Below are positions 17,314 to 25,346 of a stretch of DNA of 43,670 bases, piece after piece. Each line of letters opens with the position of its first letter. The stretch's first letter is position 1. The DNA comes from Eubacteriales bacterium (GTDB lineage Bacteria; Bacillota; Clostridia; Oscillospirales; CAG-272). Position numbers and translations under genes: made by a program. The notes beneath the pieces are model-generated. The model saw only the letters and a program-made list of their open reading frames with translations, searched no databases and was not told the DNA's origin. Where the stretch lies: contig JAZSBB010000061.1 of NCBI GenBank assembly GCA_045602185.1, positions 1 through 43,670 on the forward strand. Reading direction: 5' to 3'.

Positions 17314-19140
17314 TTAATTCTTGGAAATAGCACCGAACTTACAGCCAGCCATACAAGCGCCGCATTTAATACATTTTGCGGTGTCGATAGCGTAAGAGGG
17401 AAGCTTGTGTCCGGGAGCCACGTAATCGGTTTTCTGGATAGCGTCAACAGGGCAGTTCTTAGCGCACTTGCCGCAGCCGATACACTTATCCTTATCAATA
17501 TTAAAGTTGAGAAGGCTCTTACATACGCCGGCGGGGCATTTCTTGTCCACAACGTGAGCGACGTATTCTTCTCTGAAGAACTTAAGAGTAGCAAGAACGG
17601 GGTTGGGAGCTGTCTGACCAAGACCGCAGAGGGAATTTTGCTTAATGTAATTACAAAGCTCCTCAAGCTTGTCTATGTCCTCAAGAGTGCCCTTGCCCTC
17701 GGTTATTTTGTCAAGCATTTCAAGAAGTCTTCTTGTGCCTACACGGCAGGGCGTACATTTTCCGCAGGATTCCTCAACGGTGAAATCAAGGAAGAACTTA
17801 GCCATATCAACCATACAGGTATCCTCGTCCATAACGATAAGACCGCCCGAGCCCATCATACAGCCGATAGCTACGAGGTTATCGTAGTCAACCTCAGTAT
17901 CGATAAGACTTGCGGGGATACAACCGCCGGAAGGACCTCCGGTCTGAGCAGCCTTGAATTTCTTGCCGTTGGGAATACCGCCGCCGATATCGTATATGAT
18001 GTGGCGAAGGGTAGTACCCATAGGAATTTCAAGAAGACCGGTATTCTGGATTTTTCCGCCGAGAGCGAATACCTTGGTTCCCTTTGACCTTTCGGTACCC
18101 ATAGAAGCGAACCAGTCTGCGCCCTTAAGTATTATCTGAGGAATATTTGCGAAGGTTTCAACGTTGTTTTCAACTGTCGGAGAGTTGTAAAGACCTTTAA
18201 CTGCGGGATACGGAGGACGGGGGCGGGGTTCGCCTCTGTTACCTTCGATAGACGTCATAAGAGCGGTTTCCTCACCGCAAACGAATGCGCCTGCACCAAG
18301 TCTGATATCAAGGTCGAAATCAAAGCCGGAATCGAAAATGTTTTTGCCGAGAAGGCCCATAGCTCTTGCATCGTCAATAGCCTTCTGGTGTCTGTTAACT
18401 GCGATAGGATATTCCGCACGGACGTAAACGTAGCCCTGGGTTGCACCTATAGCGTAACCGCAGATAGTCATAGCCTCAATAACGGAGTGGGGGTCGCCCT
18501 CAAGAATGGAACGGTCCATAAATGCTCCGGGGTCGCCCTCGTCAGCATTACAAACAACGTATTTCTGAGGAGCCTTGTTGGGAGCGGTAAGCGCCCATTT
18601 ACGACCGGTGGGGAAGCCTCCGCCTCCTCTTCCTCTGAGTCCTGAATCGGAAACTACCTTGATAACGTCCTCGGGAGTCATTTCGGTAAGAACCTTGCCG
18701 AGAGCAGCGTAGCCGTCCATAGCAATATATTCGTTGATATCGTCAGGGTTGATAACGCCGCAGTTACGGAGAACTATACGGTTCTGCGACTTATAGAAAG
18801 CGGTTTCACCGAGAGAAACGGTTTCCTTAACCTTTTCGTCAACCTTCTTATTGCCGGTGTCGCTGTAAACGAGTCTGGAAACGACTCTACCCTTGAGAAG
18901 ATGCTCTTCAACAATCTCCTTAACGTCCTCGGGAGCAACTCTGCTATAGAAGGTTCCGTCAGGATAAACTATAACGACAGGACCGAGAGCGCAAAGACCG
19001 AAGCAACCGGTCTGAACGAGCTTAATCTCTTCTTCAAGACCGAAAGCAGCAATATTCTCACGGAAAGCTTCCTGAATGCCGTTACTTCCGGAAGAAGTAC
19101 AGCCGGTACCGCCGCAAACGAGTACATGTGCACGAATCAT
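17314..19140 (-). CDS. hydB: NADH-binding flavoprotein subunit of bifurcating hydrogenase (NuoF-like)
   Basis: N-terminal thioredoxin-like 2Fe-2S domain. GRGGGGFPTGRKW FMN/NADH core. ESCGKCTPCR N3-cluster motif. C-terminal 2x[4Fe-4S] motifs CIGCGKCAKNCP and CIKCGACMAGC. Confidence 0.92.
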   Translation of the reverse strand: MIRAHVLVCGGTGCTSSGSNGIQEAFRENIAAFGLEEEIKLVQTGCFGLCALGPVVIVYPDGTFYSRVAPEDVKEIVEEHLLKGRVVSRLVYSDTGNKKVDEKVKETVSLGETAFYKSQNRIVLRNCGVINPDDINEYIAMDGYAALGKVLTEMTPEDVIKVVSDSGLRGRGGGGFPTGRKWALTAPNKAPQKYVVCNADEGDPGAFMDRSILEGDPHSVIEAMTICGYAIGATQGYVYVRAEYPIAVNRHQKAIDDARAMGLLGKNIFDSGFDFDLDIRLGAGAFVCGEETALMTSIEGNRGEPRPRPPYPAVKGLYNSPTVENNVETFANIPQIILKGADWFASMGTERSKGTKVFALGGKIQNTGLLEIPMGTTLRHIIYDIGGGIPNGKKFKAAQTGGPSGGCIPASLIDTEVDYDNLVAIGCMMGSGGLIVMDEDTCMVDMAKFFLDFTVEESCGKCTPCRVGTRRLLEMLDKITEGKGTLEDIDKLEELCNYIKQNSLCGLGQTAPNPVLATLKFFREEYVAHVVDKKCPAGVCKSLLNFNIDKDKCIGCGKCAKNCPVDAIQKTDYVAPGHKLPSYAIDTAKCIKCGACMAGCKFGAISKN

Positions 19141-19154
19141 ATTTTATACCTCCA

Positions 19155-19523
19155 TTACTCAGCGGACGCAATCGTGAATTCGGAAACCACGTTGCCGCCC
19201 TTGAGATGTTTTTCAACAACCGTTTTTGCCTTTTCGGCAGTCATTTTAACGTAGGTTGTTTTCTTGTTGCCTGCCTCGTAAATCTCAACAACAGGCTCAA
19301 ACTGGCAGATACCTATGCATCCGGTCTGCGTAACGGTAACCTTGTCCGAAAGACCTTCTGCGTTTACTGCCTCAACGAAAGCGGTAAGAACGGGACGTGC
19401 GCCTGCTGCGATACCGCAGGTAGCCATACCAACGACAACACGAACCTCATTAGTGCCTTCGCGCAAGATGACCTTGTTCTTCATCTTGTCTTTAATTGCT
19501 TGCAATTCAGCCAAAGATTTCAT
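19155..19523 (-). CDS. thioredoxin-like [2Fe-2S] ferredoxin
   Basis: MATCGIAAGA and GCIGICQFEP Cys motifs. 122 aa. The position between the GHKL ATPase and hydB matches what I recall of Thermoanaerobacter/Caldanaerobacter-type hyd operons. Confidence 0.8.
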   Translation of the reverse strand: MKSLAELQAIKDKMKNKVILREGTNEVRVVVGMATCGIAAGARPVLTAFVEAVNAEGLSDKVTVTQTGCIGICQFEPVVEIYEAGNKKTTYVKMTAEKAKTVVEKHLKGGNVVSEFTIASAE

Positions 19524-19567
19524 TTTCTGTTCCTTTCTCTGAAAACACTTTATTTTTATTTCTTATT

Positions 19568-20125
19568 TTAAGCTTTATTAATTTCATCGTATTGCTCCCG
19601 AAGGCTTCCGTCTATCCACAAAAGAACCTCGTGCTCCGAGAGGGGAACCGGGTCGAGAATAGCACGAAGCTCTCTCGTATCGAGGCTAACCTCTAGGGCG
19701 TTAATTTTGTGTACAAACAGAAAATCTCTGTCGGGGTGACCCTGTATAAGAGTCGTAACTGTTGAAACAACGTCCCCAAGGGGCGTAAAATCAAGATGCT
19801 TTTTATCGTATGATGCGGTGACAAGCGTACCGTGGTCATCGGATTTTCCGTCATCTACCTTAGAGCTGATGTGAAAATCGCCGCCGGTTTGCTCAGCCGA
19901 CATTTTAAAAAGCGGTATTCCAAGTCCTACGTTTCTCGTAGTCCTTGTGGTATAAAAAGGATTTGTAACCGAATTAAGTATTTCGGGCGTCATACCGCAG
20001 CCGTTATCCTCAATAGAAATTTTGAGAGCCGACTCGTCCTCGAAAAGCAGAATTTTTATCAAAGAAGCTCCCGCTTTAACCGAATTTTCCGCTATGTCAA
20101 GTATATTAAGGGATAATTCCTTCAT
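19568..20125 (-). CDS. GHKL-type ATPase domain protein (histidine-kinase-like ATPase, no phospho-acceptor domain)
   Basis: N-box LNILDIAENS, G1 DNGCGM, G2 GLGIPL. About 80 aa of uncharacterised C-terminus. ATGA overlap with the PHP gene. Confidence 0.75.
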   Translation of the reverse strand: MKELSLNILDIAENSVKAGASLIKILLFEDESALKISIEDNGCGMTPEILNSVTNPFYTTRTTRNVGLGIPLFKMSAEQTGGDFHISSKVDDGKSDDHGTLVTASYDKKHLDFTPLGDVVSTVTTLIQGHPDRDFLFVHKINALEVSLDTRELRAILDPVPLSEHEVLLWIDGSLREQYDEINKA

Positions 20126-20856
20126 ATTTCTCCTTTTAAGGTAAGAAAAAGCTGATGCCTTACGAAATCCGAGCTATACGGCTCGTCTTCAAGCTCAAAA
20201 AAGCTTTCCTTATCTCGTATATCGGTCAGATAATGAGCATCGGAGGATATAATCTTCAGTTTGTCCGCTATTTGATATTTCTCGGAATACTCCGCAATTT
20301 TTTGTCCGTTATGAAACTCGACGGCGCAAAATTTCGGAGAGTCGGGAAGCGTACCTAAAACGGAAATAATTCCGTTAGCCTCTCTGTCAATATGAGCGGG
20401 ATAGCAAACGCCGAAAAAGGCGTCAACAATCCGAGGTGCATCTTCAACGGAAATATCGGTAGCAAAAGAAAGCAGATTTTCCTCGGTGCCGATAACGTTA
20501 TCAAGAGCGTCAAGTATAAGCTGATTTCCGAAAATATCGGGCCTATTCTTTATAACTGTGCGGTGCCTCTCTATTTCTTCTCCGAAAGCCATAGCGTCAG
20601 AAAGCTTTTCGAAGAGGCATATCACGTGAATATCCTCAGATGTCGTCAGCTCCATTCCCGCAACCGGGATTATACCGTATTTCTTCGCCGCAGCAAAGAA
20701 AGCAGGGCAGTTTTTCGTGGTATTATGGTCGGTCAGAGCAAGAATATTGATTCCCGAAAGAGCCGCCATACCTGCGATGTTGTTCGGAGTGTTATCGTCA
20801 TCTGCGCAGGGTGATAGGCAGGAATGAACGTGAAGGTCGTAATAATACTTATTCAT
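20122..20856 (-). CDS. PHP-domain metal-dependent phosphoesterase
   Basis: YYDLHVHSCLSPCADD and LALTDHNT are PHP (polymerase/histidinol phosphatase) His motifs. Also AHID and SDAH. Confidence 0.8.
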   Translation of the reverse strand: MNKYYYDLHVHSCLSPCADDDNTPNNIAGMAALSGINILALTDHNTTKNCPAFFAAAKKYGIIPVAGMELTTSEDIHVICLFEKLSDAMAFGEEIERHRTVIKNRPDIFGNQLILDALDNVIGTEENLLSFATDISVEDAPRIVDAFFGVCYPAHIDREANGIISVLGTLPDSPKFCAVEFHNGQKIAEYSEKYQIADKLKIISSDAHYLTDIRDKESFFELEDEPYSSDFVRHQLFLTLKGEI

Positions 20857-21179
20857 TTCAGAAGAAAAAGCTTTTTTGCCGTTTCGTATAAGGGAAGCTC
20901 CGAGGTAAGAATATTTACCCCCTTTTCTTCAGCTAGCCTAATAAGCTCACTGTCGGGAACTACCCCCTCAGCCGTTATAACGCAAGCAACGTCAGCAAGA
21001 GAAGCAACGGCGATAACGTTTTGATTTGACATTATCGTTATCCAGGCATCGTCAGCCTTTGCCCGTCCCATAACCCAGCTGAGAAGGTCACCGATATAGC
21101 AACCCGAAACATCTCTGTCGGGAGAGGGGAGCGCCTTTGCGCCGAAGCCGCATTTTGAAATAAGCTCAGAAACGGTCAT
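20853..21179 (-). CDS. DRTGG-domain protein (108 aa)
   Basis: Small alpha/beta protein with the (I/V)T-block and a GV(N/I)IL..(T/S) C-terminal pattern. It is similar in layout to the 116-aa protein at 22869-23219. 4-nt overlap with the PHP gene. Confidence 0.6.
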   Translation of the reverse strand: MTVSELISKCGFGAKALPSPDRDVSGCYIGDLLSWVMGRAKADDAWITIMSNQNVIAVASLADVACVITAEGVVPDSELIRLAEEKGVNILTSELPLYETAKKLFLLK

Positions 21180-21180
21180 T

Positions 21181-22443
21181 TTAGCTCTCCTTTTTGTTTT
21201 TGAAACGCTTTAGCGGGCAATCTCCGCATTCCGCAAGCTTTTTGACAACGTCCTCGGCAAACGCTCTGCAATTGGGAGCGCCGCAAGCGCCGCAGTCTAT
21301 TCCGGGAAGCTCGGATTTGAGCTTCTGGATATCAGCCATCATTCTCATTGATTCGGCAATACTGTCGCCAAGGCGTGAAATCGGTGCATACACCGGAAGG
21401 TCTTCAAAGAGATATTGCTCCGGAATATACATTGATTCTTCCTTGGAAAGCTGATTTCTTGATACGGGCTGATATCTTCTCAGGGTTTGAAGTCTTGCTT
21501 TTGCGATAAAAGGATTTTGTATCGTAAGAACACCGCCGACACAGCCGCCGGTACAAGCGTTCAGCTCGATAAATTCAAGCGGCGGGATGTTGCCGTTTTC
21601 TATCTGGTCAAGAACGTGAATAACGTTGTCTATTCCGTCTGCCGCAAGGTAGTCCGAATTGAATATTGCGGTAGCCTCGCCGCCGGAGCGAGCCCAGCCT
21701 ATTCCTATTACTCCGGATTCCGAAAGAGGAATAAGGTTCGTATCTCTGCTCATTTTACTAATAAGAAGGAAATAAACGTCACTAATGGAAATAACCTCGT
21801 CCACTGCGCTCTTGTAAGAACCGAAACCGCCCTTAACGTAGCTCGCTTTTGCGGGGCAGGGTGAAATAAAGCAAACGCCTATTTCGTCCTCCGAAAGCTC
21901 GGGGTGGTTTTTCATTGCTCTTTCCTTTGCAAGTCTTGCCGCAACCTCCATCGGAGGAAGCATATGTATAATATGGTCGGCAAGAGAAGGAAACCTCAGT
22001 GAAATCAGCCTTACAACTACGGGGCAGGCGGAGCTTATAGCAGGCTTTGCAACACCGTCAGTTTTTAGATAAAGACGGGTGTAAGCCGTAACCAGCTCGG
22101 CAGCCTTACTGACCTCAAAAACGTCATCAAAGCCTATTTTCAAAAGACCGTTCAAAACGTAGTCAATATCGTCAAGATTATCAAATTGACCGTAAAGAGT
22201 GGGTGCGGGAAGCGCAATTTTCCATTTAAAGCGGTCCATATCGGAAAGCTTACCGCAAACCGCCTTTTTGGCTTTATGGGGACAAACCCGTATGCACTCG
22301 CCGCAGTCGATGCATCTGTCCGTGTTTATAACGGCGTGACCGTCCCTTATTCTAATAGCTTCGGTGGGGCAGTGCTTTAAGCAAGTGGTGCAACCGGCGC
22401 ACTTGTCACGGTCAAGCAAAACAGAGTGTTCGTATTTATGCAT
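21181..22443 (-). CDS. [FeFe]-hydrogenase-like protein, putative sensory type (HydS-like, group C/D-like)
   Basis: 2x[4Fe-4S] motifs CAGCTTCLKHCP and CIDCGECIRVCP. H-domain with variant motifs SSACP (137-141), SPCPAK (194-199) and ELNACTGGC (293-301). Extra C-terminal Cys motif C384-x2-C-x4-C-x13-C-x2-C409. Confidence 0.8.
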   Translation of the reverse strand: MHKYEHSVLLDRDKCAGCTTCLKHCPTEAIRIRDGHAVINTDRCIDCGECIRVCPHKAKKAVCGKLSDMDRFKWKIALPAPTLYGQFDNLDDIDYVLNGLLKIGFDDVFEVSKAAELVTAYTRLYLKTDGVAKPAISSACPVVVRLISLRFPSLADHIIHMLPPMEVAARLAKERAMKNHPELSEDEIGVCFISPCPAKASYVKGGFGSYKSAVDEVISISDVYFLLISKMSRDTNLIPLSESGVIGIGWARSGGEATAIFNSDYLAADGIDNVIHVLDQIENGNIPPLEFIELNACTGGCVGGVLTIQNPFIAKARLQTLRRYQPVSRNQLSKEESMYIPEQYLFEDLPVYAPISRLGDSIAESMRMMADIQKLKSELPGIDCGACGAPNCRAFAEDVVKKLAECGDCPLKRFKNKKES

Positions 22444-22876
22444 TATCCGTCACCTGATTATACACCTTCATTACTATCTTGGTACCAACGCCAACTGTTG
22501 AGAATATTTGCATTTCATCGGTATAGCGCTTCATATTCGGAAGCCCCATACCTGCTCCAAAGCCCAAGGAGCGTATAGTTTCACTTGCGGTTGAATAACC
22601 CTCCTGCATAGCCTTTTCGATATCTTCGATACCGGGGCCCTTGTCCTCAAGGATTATTTCTATCAGGTTTTCCGTAACGCAAACCTCGGCAACGCCGCCG
22701 CCTGCGTGTATGACCATATTGATTTCACCCTCGTACATAGCGATTGAAACTCGCCTGATAACCTCTGGCGAAATTCCGAGCTGTCTGAGGTTTTTCTTTA
22801 CCTGTACGGAAGCCTGACCTGCCGAGGTGAAATCCTCGCCGTCTACCTCAAATCTAAAAACTATCGGCTCACTCAT
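22436..22876 (-). CDS. RsbW/SpoIIAB-like anti-sigma-type serine kinase (GHKL ATPase, 146 aa)
   Basis: N-box AMYEGEINMVIH, G1 DKGPGI, G2 GFGAGMGL. The size and layout match HATPase_c_2-type partner-switching kinases. 8-nt overlaps on both sides. Confidence 0.75.
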   Translation of the reverse strand: MSEPIVFRFEVDGEDFTSAGQASVQVKKNLRQLGISPEVIRRVSIAMYEGEINMVIHAGGGVAEVCVTENLIEIILEDKGPGIEDIEKAMQEGYSTASETIRSLGFGAGMGLPNMKRYTDEMQIFSTVGVGTKIVMKVYNQVTDNA

Positions 22877-23219
22877 GCTTCGTTCCTACCAATCCGTTTG
22901 CATAAAGCAAACCGCAAGCCTCGTAGAGCCTCTTTTTAGTGGAAAGAATAACTATTCCGCTTTCCTCTGCGAGTCTGAGCATTTCTTCGGTGGGAGCCTT
23001 TGAGCGAACAAAAATGATACAAACCATATCCATCATAACAGCGGTGCGGATAACCTGCGGGTTGATAAGACCCGTAAGTAAAACCGCCTGATCCTTTACG
23101 AAAGCGAGAACATCGCTCATAAGGTCGCAGCCACAAGCAGAATAAACGTGCTTTTCAATGTTTTCCTCGCAGCAGAGAACCTCTGCGTCAAGGAGCTGCT
23201 TCACGGTACTGATTTTCAT
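22869..23219 (-). CDS. DRTGG-domain protein (116 aa)
   Basis: AVLLTGL.. block, IIFVRSK and SGIVILST pattern typical of DRTGG domains. 8-nt overlap with the kinase gene. Confidence 0.6.
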   Translation of the reverse strand: MKISTVKQLLDAEVLCCEENIEKHVYSACGCDLMSDVLAFVKDQAVLLTGLINPQVIRTAVMMDMVCIIFVRSKAPTEEMLRLAEESGIVILSTKKRLYEACGLLYANGLVGTKHE

Positions 23220-23241
23220 AGGTTACATCCTTTAAATCAAA

Positions 23242-23739
23242 TTAAGCTTTGTACTTTTCGATAATTCCGGGAACGTCATCAACGCTGAGACGGCCGTAAA
23301 CTTCCTCGTTAACCGTAAGAACGGGAGCAAGTCCGCAAGCGCCTATGCAACGGCAGGCGGTAAGCGAGAACTTTCTGTCGGGAGTACATTCGTCAGTACC
23401 GATACCGAGAATTTCCTGGAGCTTGTTGTAGATATCGCCTGAGCCCTTAACGTAGCACGCAGTGCCAAGGCAAACCGAAATGTGATATTCGCCTTTGGGT
23501 GAGAGGGAGAACTGAGCGTAGAAGGTTGCAACGCCGTAAACCTTTTCAAGCGGAACCTCCATTCCCTCGGCTATTCTGTTCTGAACCTCAATGGGCAGAT
23601 AGCCGTAAATGTCCTGTGCCTTTTGCATAACAGCCATAAGAAGACTTTTGTCATGCTTGTGTTCGCTGATAACAGCATTCAGCTTCTCGTCCTGCTCCTT
23701 GGTGGAACAGAAGGGAATACTGGAGAGTTTTTTCAGCAT
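23242..23739 (-). CDS. hydC: NuoE-like [2Fe-2S] subunit of bifurcating hydrogenase
   Basis: CLGTACYVKG and CIGACGLAPV Cys motifs of the NuoE/HydC thioredoxin-like ferredoxin. First gene of the operon. Confidence 0.9.
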   Translation of the reverse strand: MLKKLSSIPFCSTKEQDEKLNAVISEHKHDKSLLMAVMQKAQDIYGYLPIEVQNRIAEGMEVPLEKVYGVATFYAQFSLSPKGEYHISVCLGTACYVKGSGDIYNKLQEILGIGTDECTPDRKFSLTACRCIGACGLAPVLTVNEEVYGRLSVDDVPGIIEKYKA

Positions 23740-23764
23740 TATTTGTATCCTCCTTTTATTTTGT

Positions 23765-23782
23765 ATGTGCGTATGCGCACAT
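23765..23782. promoter_or_regulatory. perfect 7-4-7 palindrome ATGTGCG-TATG-CGCACAT; candidate Rex-like operator
   Basis: The inverted repeat is read directly from the sequence. It sits between the predicted -10 box and the hydC RBS. It shares the TGTG..(n)..CACA core with the Rex consensus TTGTGAAnnnnTTCACAA. Confidence 0.4.
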
Positions 23783-23796
23783 TACATCTGTTTAAC

Positions 23797-23825
23797 ATTA
23801 TACCACTAATGAAACTAAAAATCAA
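23797..23825 (-). promoter_or_regulatory. sigma-A-type promoter of the hydrogenase operon
   Basis: On the minus strand: TTGATT (23820-23825), 17-nt spacer, extended -10 TGgTATAAT (23797-23805). Confidence 0.6.
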
Positions 23826-23902
23826 TACCTTCTTGATAAATTTTTAACAAAACACGGTACAAACTGACGAACTTTATCGATGTTGAACGAAAAAGCGCTC
23901 TC

Positions 23903-24739
23903 CTAATCGGTATTTTCGATAAAATCGTTATATATAGCGTTACATAAAAGCCTTCCGATTTCACTTTTTTCGCCTTTGAGATTAAAGCCGTCTATGCTTT
24001 CGGCGAGCTGAGCGAGCTTTGTTGAGCTGGTAACTATTATTTCGTCTGCTTCGTAAAGGTCGTTTTTTTCAAAAGCTTCCTCACGGTAGGGGATACCCAG
24101 CGATTTTGCTATCATAAGCAGTCTTTCTCTTGAAATTCCGGGCAATATAAGCTCGCATTTCGGGTGTGTGTAAAGAATTCCGTCCATAACCGTGAATACA
24201 TTTGAATGGGCGCATTCGGTAACTGTTTTTCCTCTGCAAAGAACTGCTTCGTCAGCGCCGTTTCTGCTTGCGTATTCGGAGGCTATAACCGAGGGCAGAA
24301 GGTTAAGGGTTTTTACGTTGCAATAATAATATCTCAGGTCGGGATACGTAAGAAGCCTCAGCTTCTTTTTCGGGGACGGAAGCGGTTGCGGAGTAACCGT
24401 TATTAAAAGATTGTATTTGTCTGACGGAGGGCATACGTGCGTCCTTGATTTTGAAAATTTCGTAGCCTGAAAATAAACGAGAGCTACGTCCTCGTTTGCC
24501 ATTACCAGCATTTTTGAAATTAAGCTTGAAAGCTCATCTGCCGTCATATCAAAGTTAATTCCGAGAAGCTTCAAATTCTTATAAAATCTATCAAAATGCA
24601 TCTTTGGAAGATAGGTTTTTTTGTTTCTTGCCAGCATAACCTCGTATATGCCGTCACCGAAAAATATTGCTCTGTCGCAAAGGGAAACGCTGACCTCTTC
24701 GGGTGAAGAAAATTTACCGTTATAATAAGCTAAACTCAT
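23903..24739 (-). CDS. class IV aminotransferase (D-amino-acid / branched-chain family)
   Basis: The N-terminal YYNGKF...VS..DRAIFFGDGIYEV is typical of fold-type IV PLP enzymes. 278 aa. Confidence 0.75.
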   Translation of the reverse strand: MSLAYYNGKFSSPEEVSVSLCDRAIFFGDGIYEVMLARNKKTYLPKMHFDRFYKNLKLLGINFDMTADELSSLISKMLVMANEDVALVYFQATKFSKSRTHVCPPSDKYNLLITVTPQPLPSPKKKLRLLTYPDLRYYYCNVKTLNLLPSVIASEYASRNGADEAVLCRGKTVTECAHSNVFTVMDGILYTHPKCELILPGISRERLLMIAKSLGIPYREEAFEKNDLYEADEIIVTSSTKLAQLAESIDGFNLKGEKSEIGRLLCNAIYNDFIENTD

Positions 24740-24800
24740 AAAAAAACACCTCGCTTTTCTCCTTTAATACTATGCGGAAAAAAGCGAGGTGTTGACATAA

Positions 24801-25346
24801 TCAGAAATGTTTTTCTTTTACTGTGACTCCGTCAAGCGTCTTTATTGTAAAACGTTTGTCCTCGTATATAATATAGGTTTTCGGATTGTTTTCCTTAGGC
24901 AGAGAAATTGAGCCGGGATTTATATAAAAATTTCCGTTTCCGAACGGCTCTGCTTTTAGAACGTGCGTGTGTCCGCCAAGAAGAATTGCTCCCTCTGAAA
25001 GCGGAGGCGGATTTTCAGGAGAATACTTATGTCCGTGGGTAGCCATAATCGTAAGACCGTCTATGAGAACGTATGAGTAATCCGAAAGAATCGGGAAGGG
25101 TAAAACCGTTTGGTCAACCTCGGTGTCGCAATTTCCTCTAACGGCGATTATCTTGTTCTTGAACTGCGATAAGAGGGATATAACCTCTTTCGGATTGTAC
25201 TCTTTTGGAATGTCGTTTCTCGGCCCGTGATAAAGAATATCTCCGAGAATAACTATGCGGTCAGCGCCTTCTTCGTCAAATTTTTCTATAGCTTTTTTAA
25301 GGCACTCTATGTCTCCGTGTATGTCGGAAATAATAAAAAGCTTCAC
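24801..25346 (-). CDS. YfcE/MJ0936-family metallophosphoesterase
   Basis: ISDIHGD, ILGDILYHGPRN, VRGNCD, THGH and GHTH metal-ligand motifs. The GTG start overlaps the GH2 TGA stop (GTGA). Confidence 0.85.
   Translation of the reverse strand: MKLFIISDIHGDIECLKKAIEKFDEEGADRIVILGDILYHGPRNDIPKEYNPKEVISLLSQFKNKIIAVRGNCDTEVDQTVLPFPILSDYSYVLIDGLTIMATHGHKYSPENPPPLSEGAILLGGHTHVLKAEPFGNGNFYINPGSISLPKENNPKTYIIYEDKRFTIKTLDGVTVKEKHF

Noticed and set aside
15580-19571. Numerous 60-270-aa plus-strand ORFs inside hydA, hydB and the ferredoxin gene (e.g. 15580-16398, 16624-17232, 17407-18087, 19128-19571)
   Set aside because: All are antisense to CDS with unambiguous hydrogenase or NuoF motifs. They have no independent RBS or motif support and are typical shadow ORFs of codon-biased genes.
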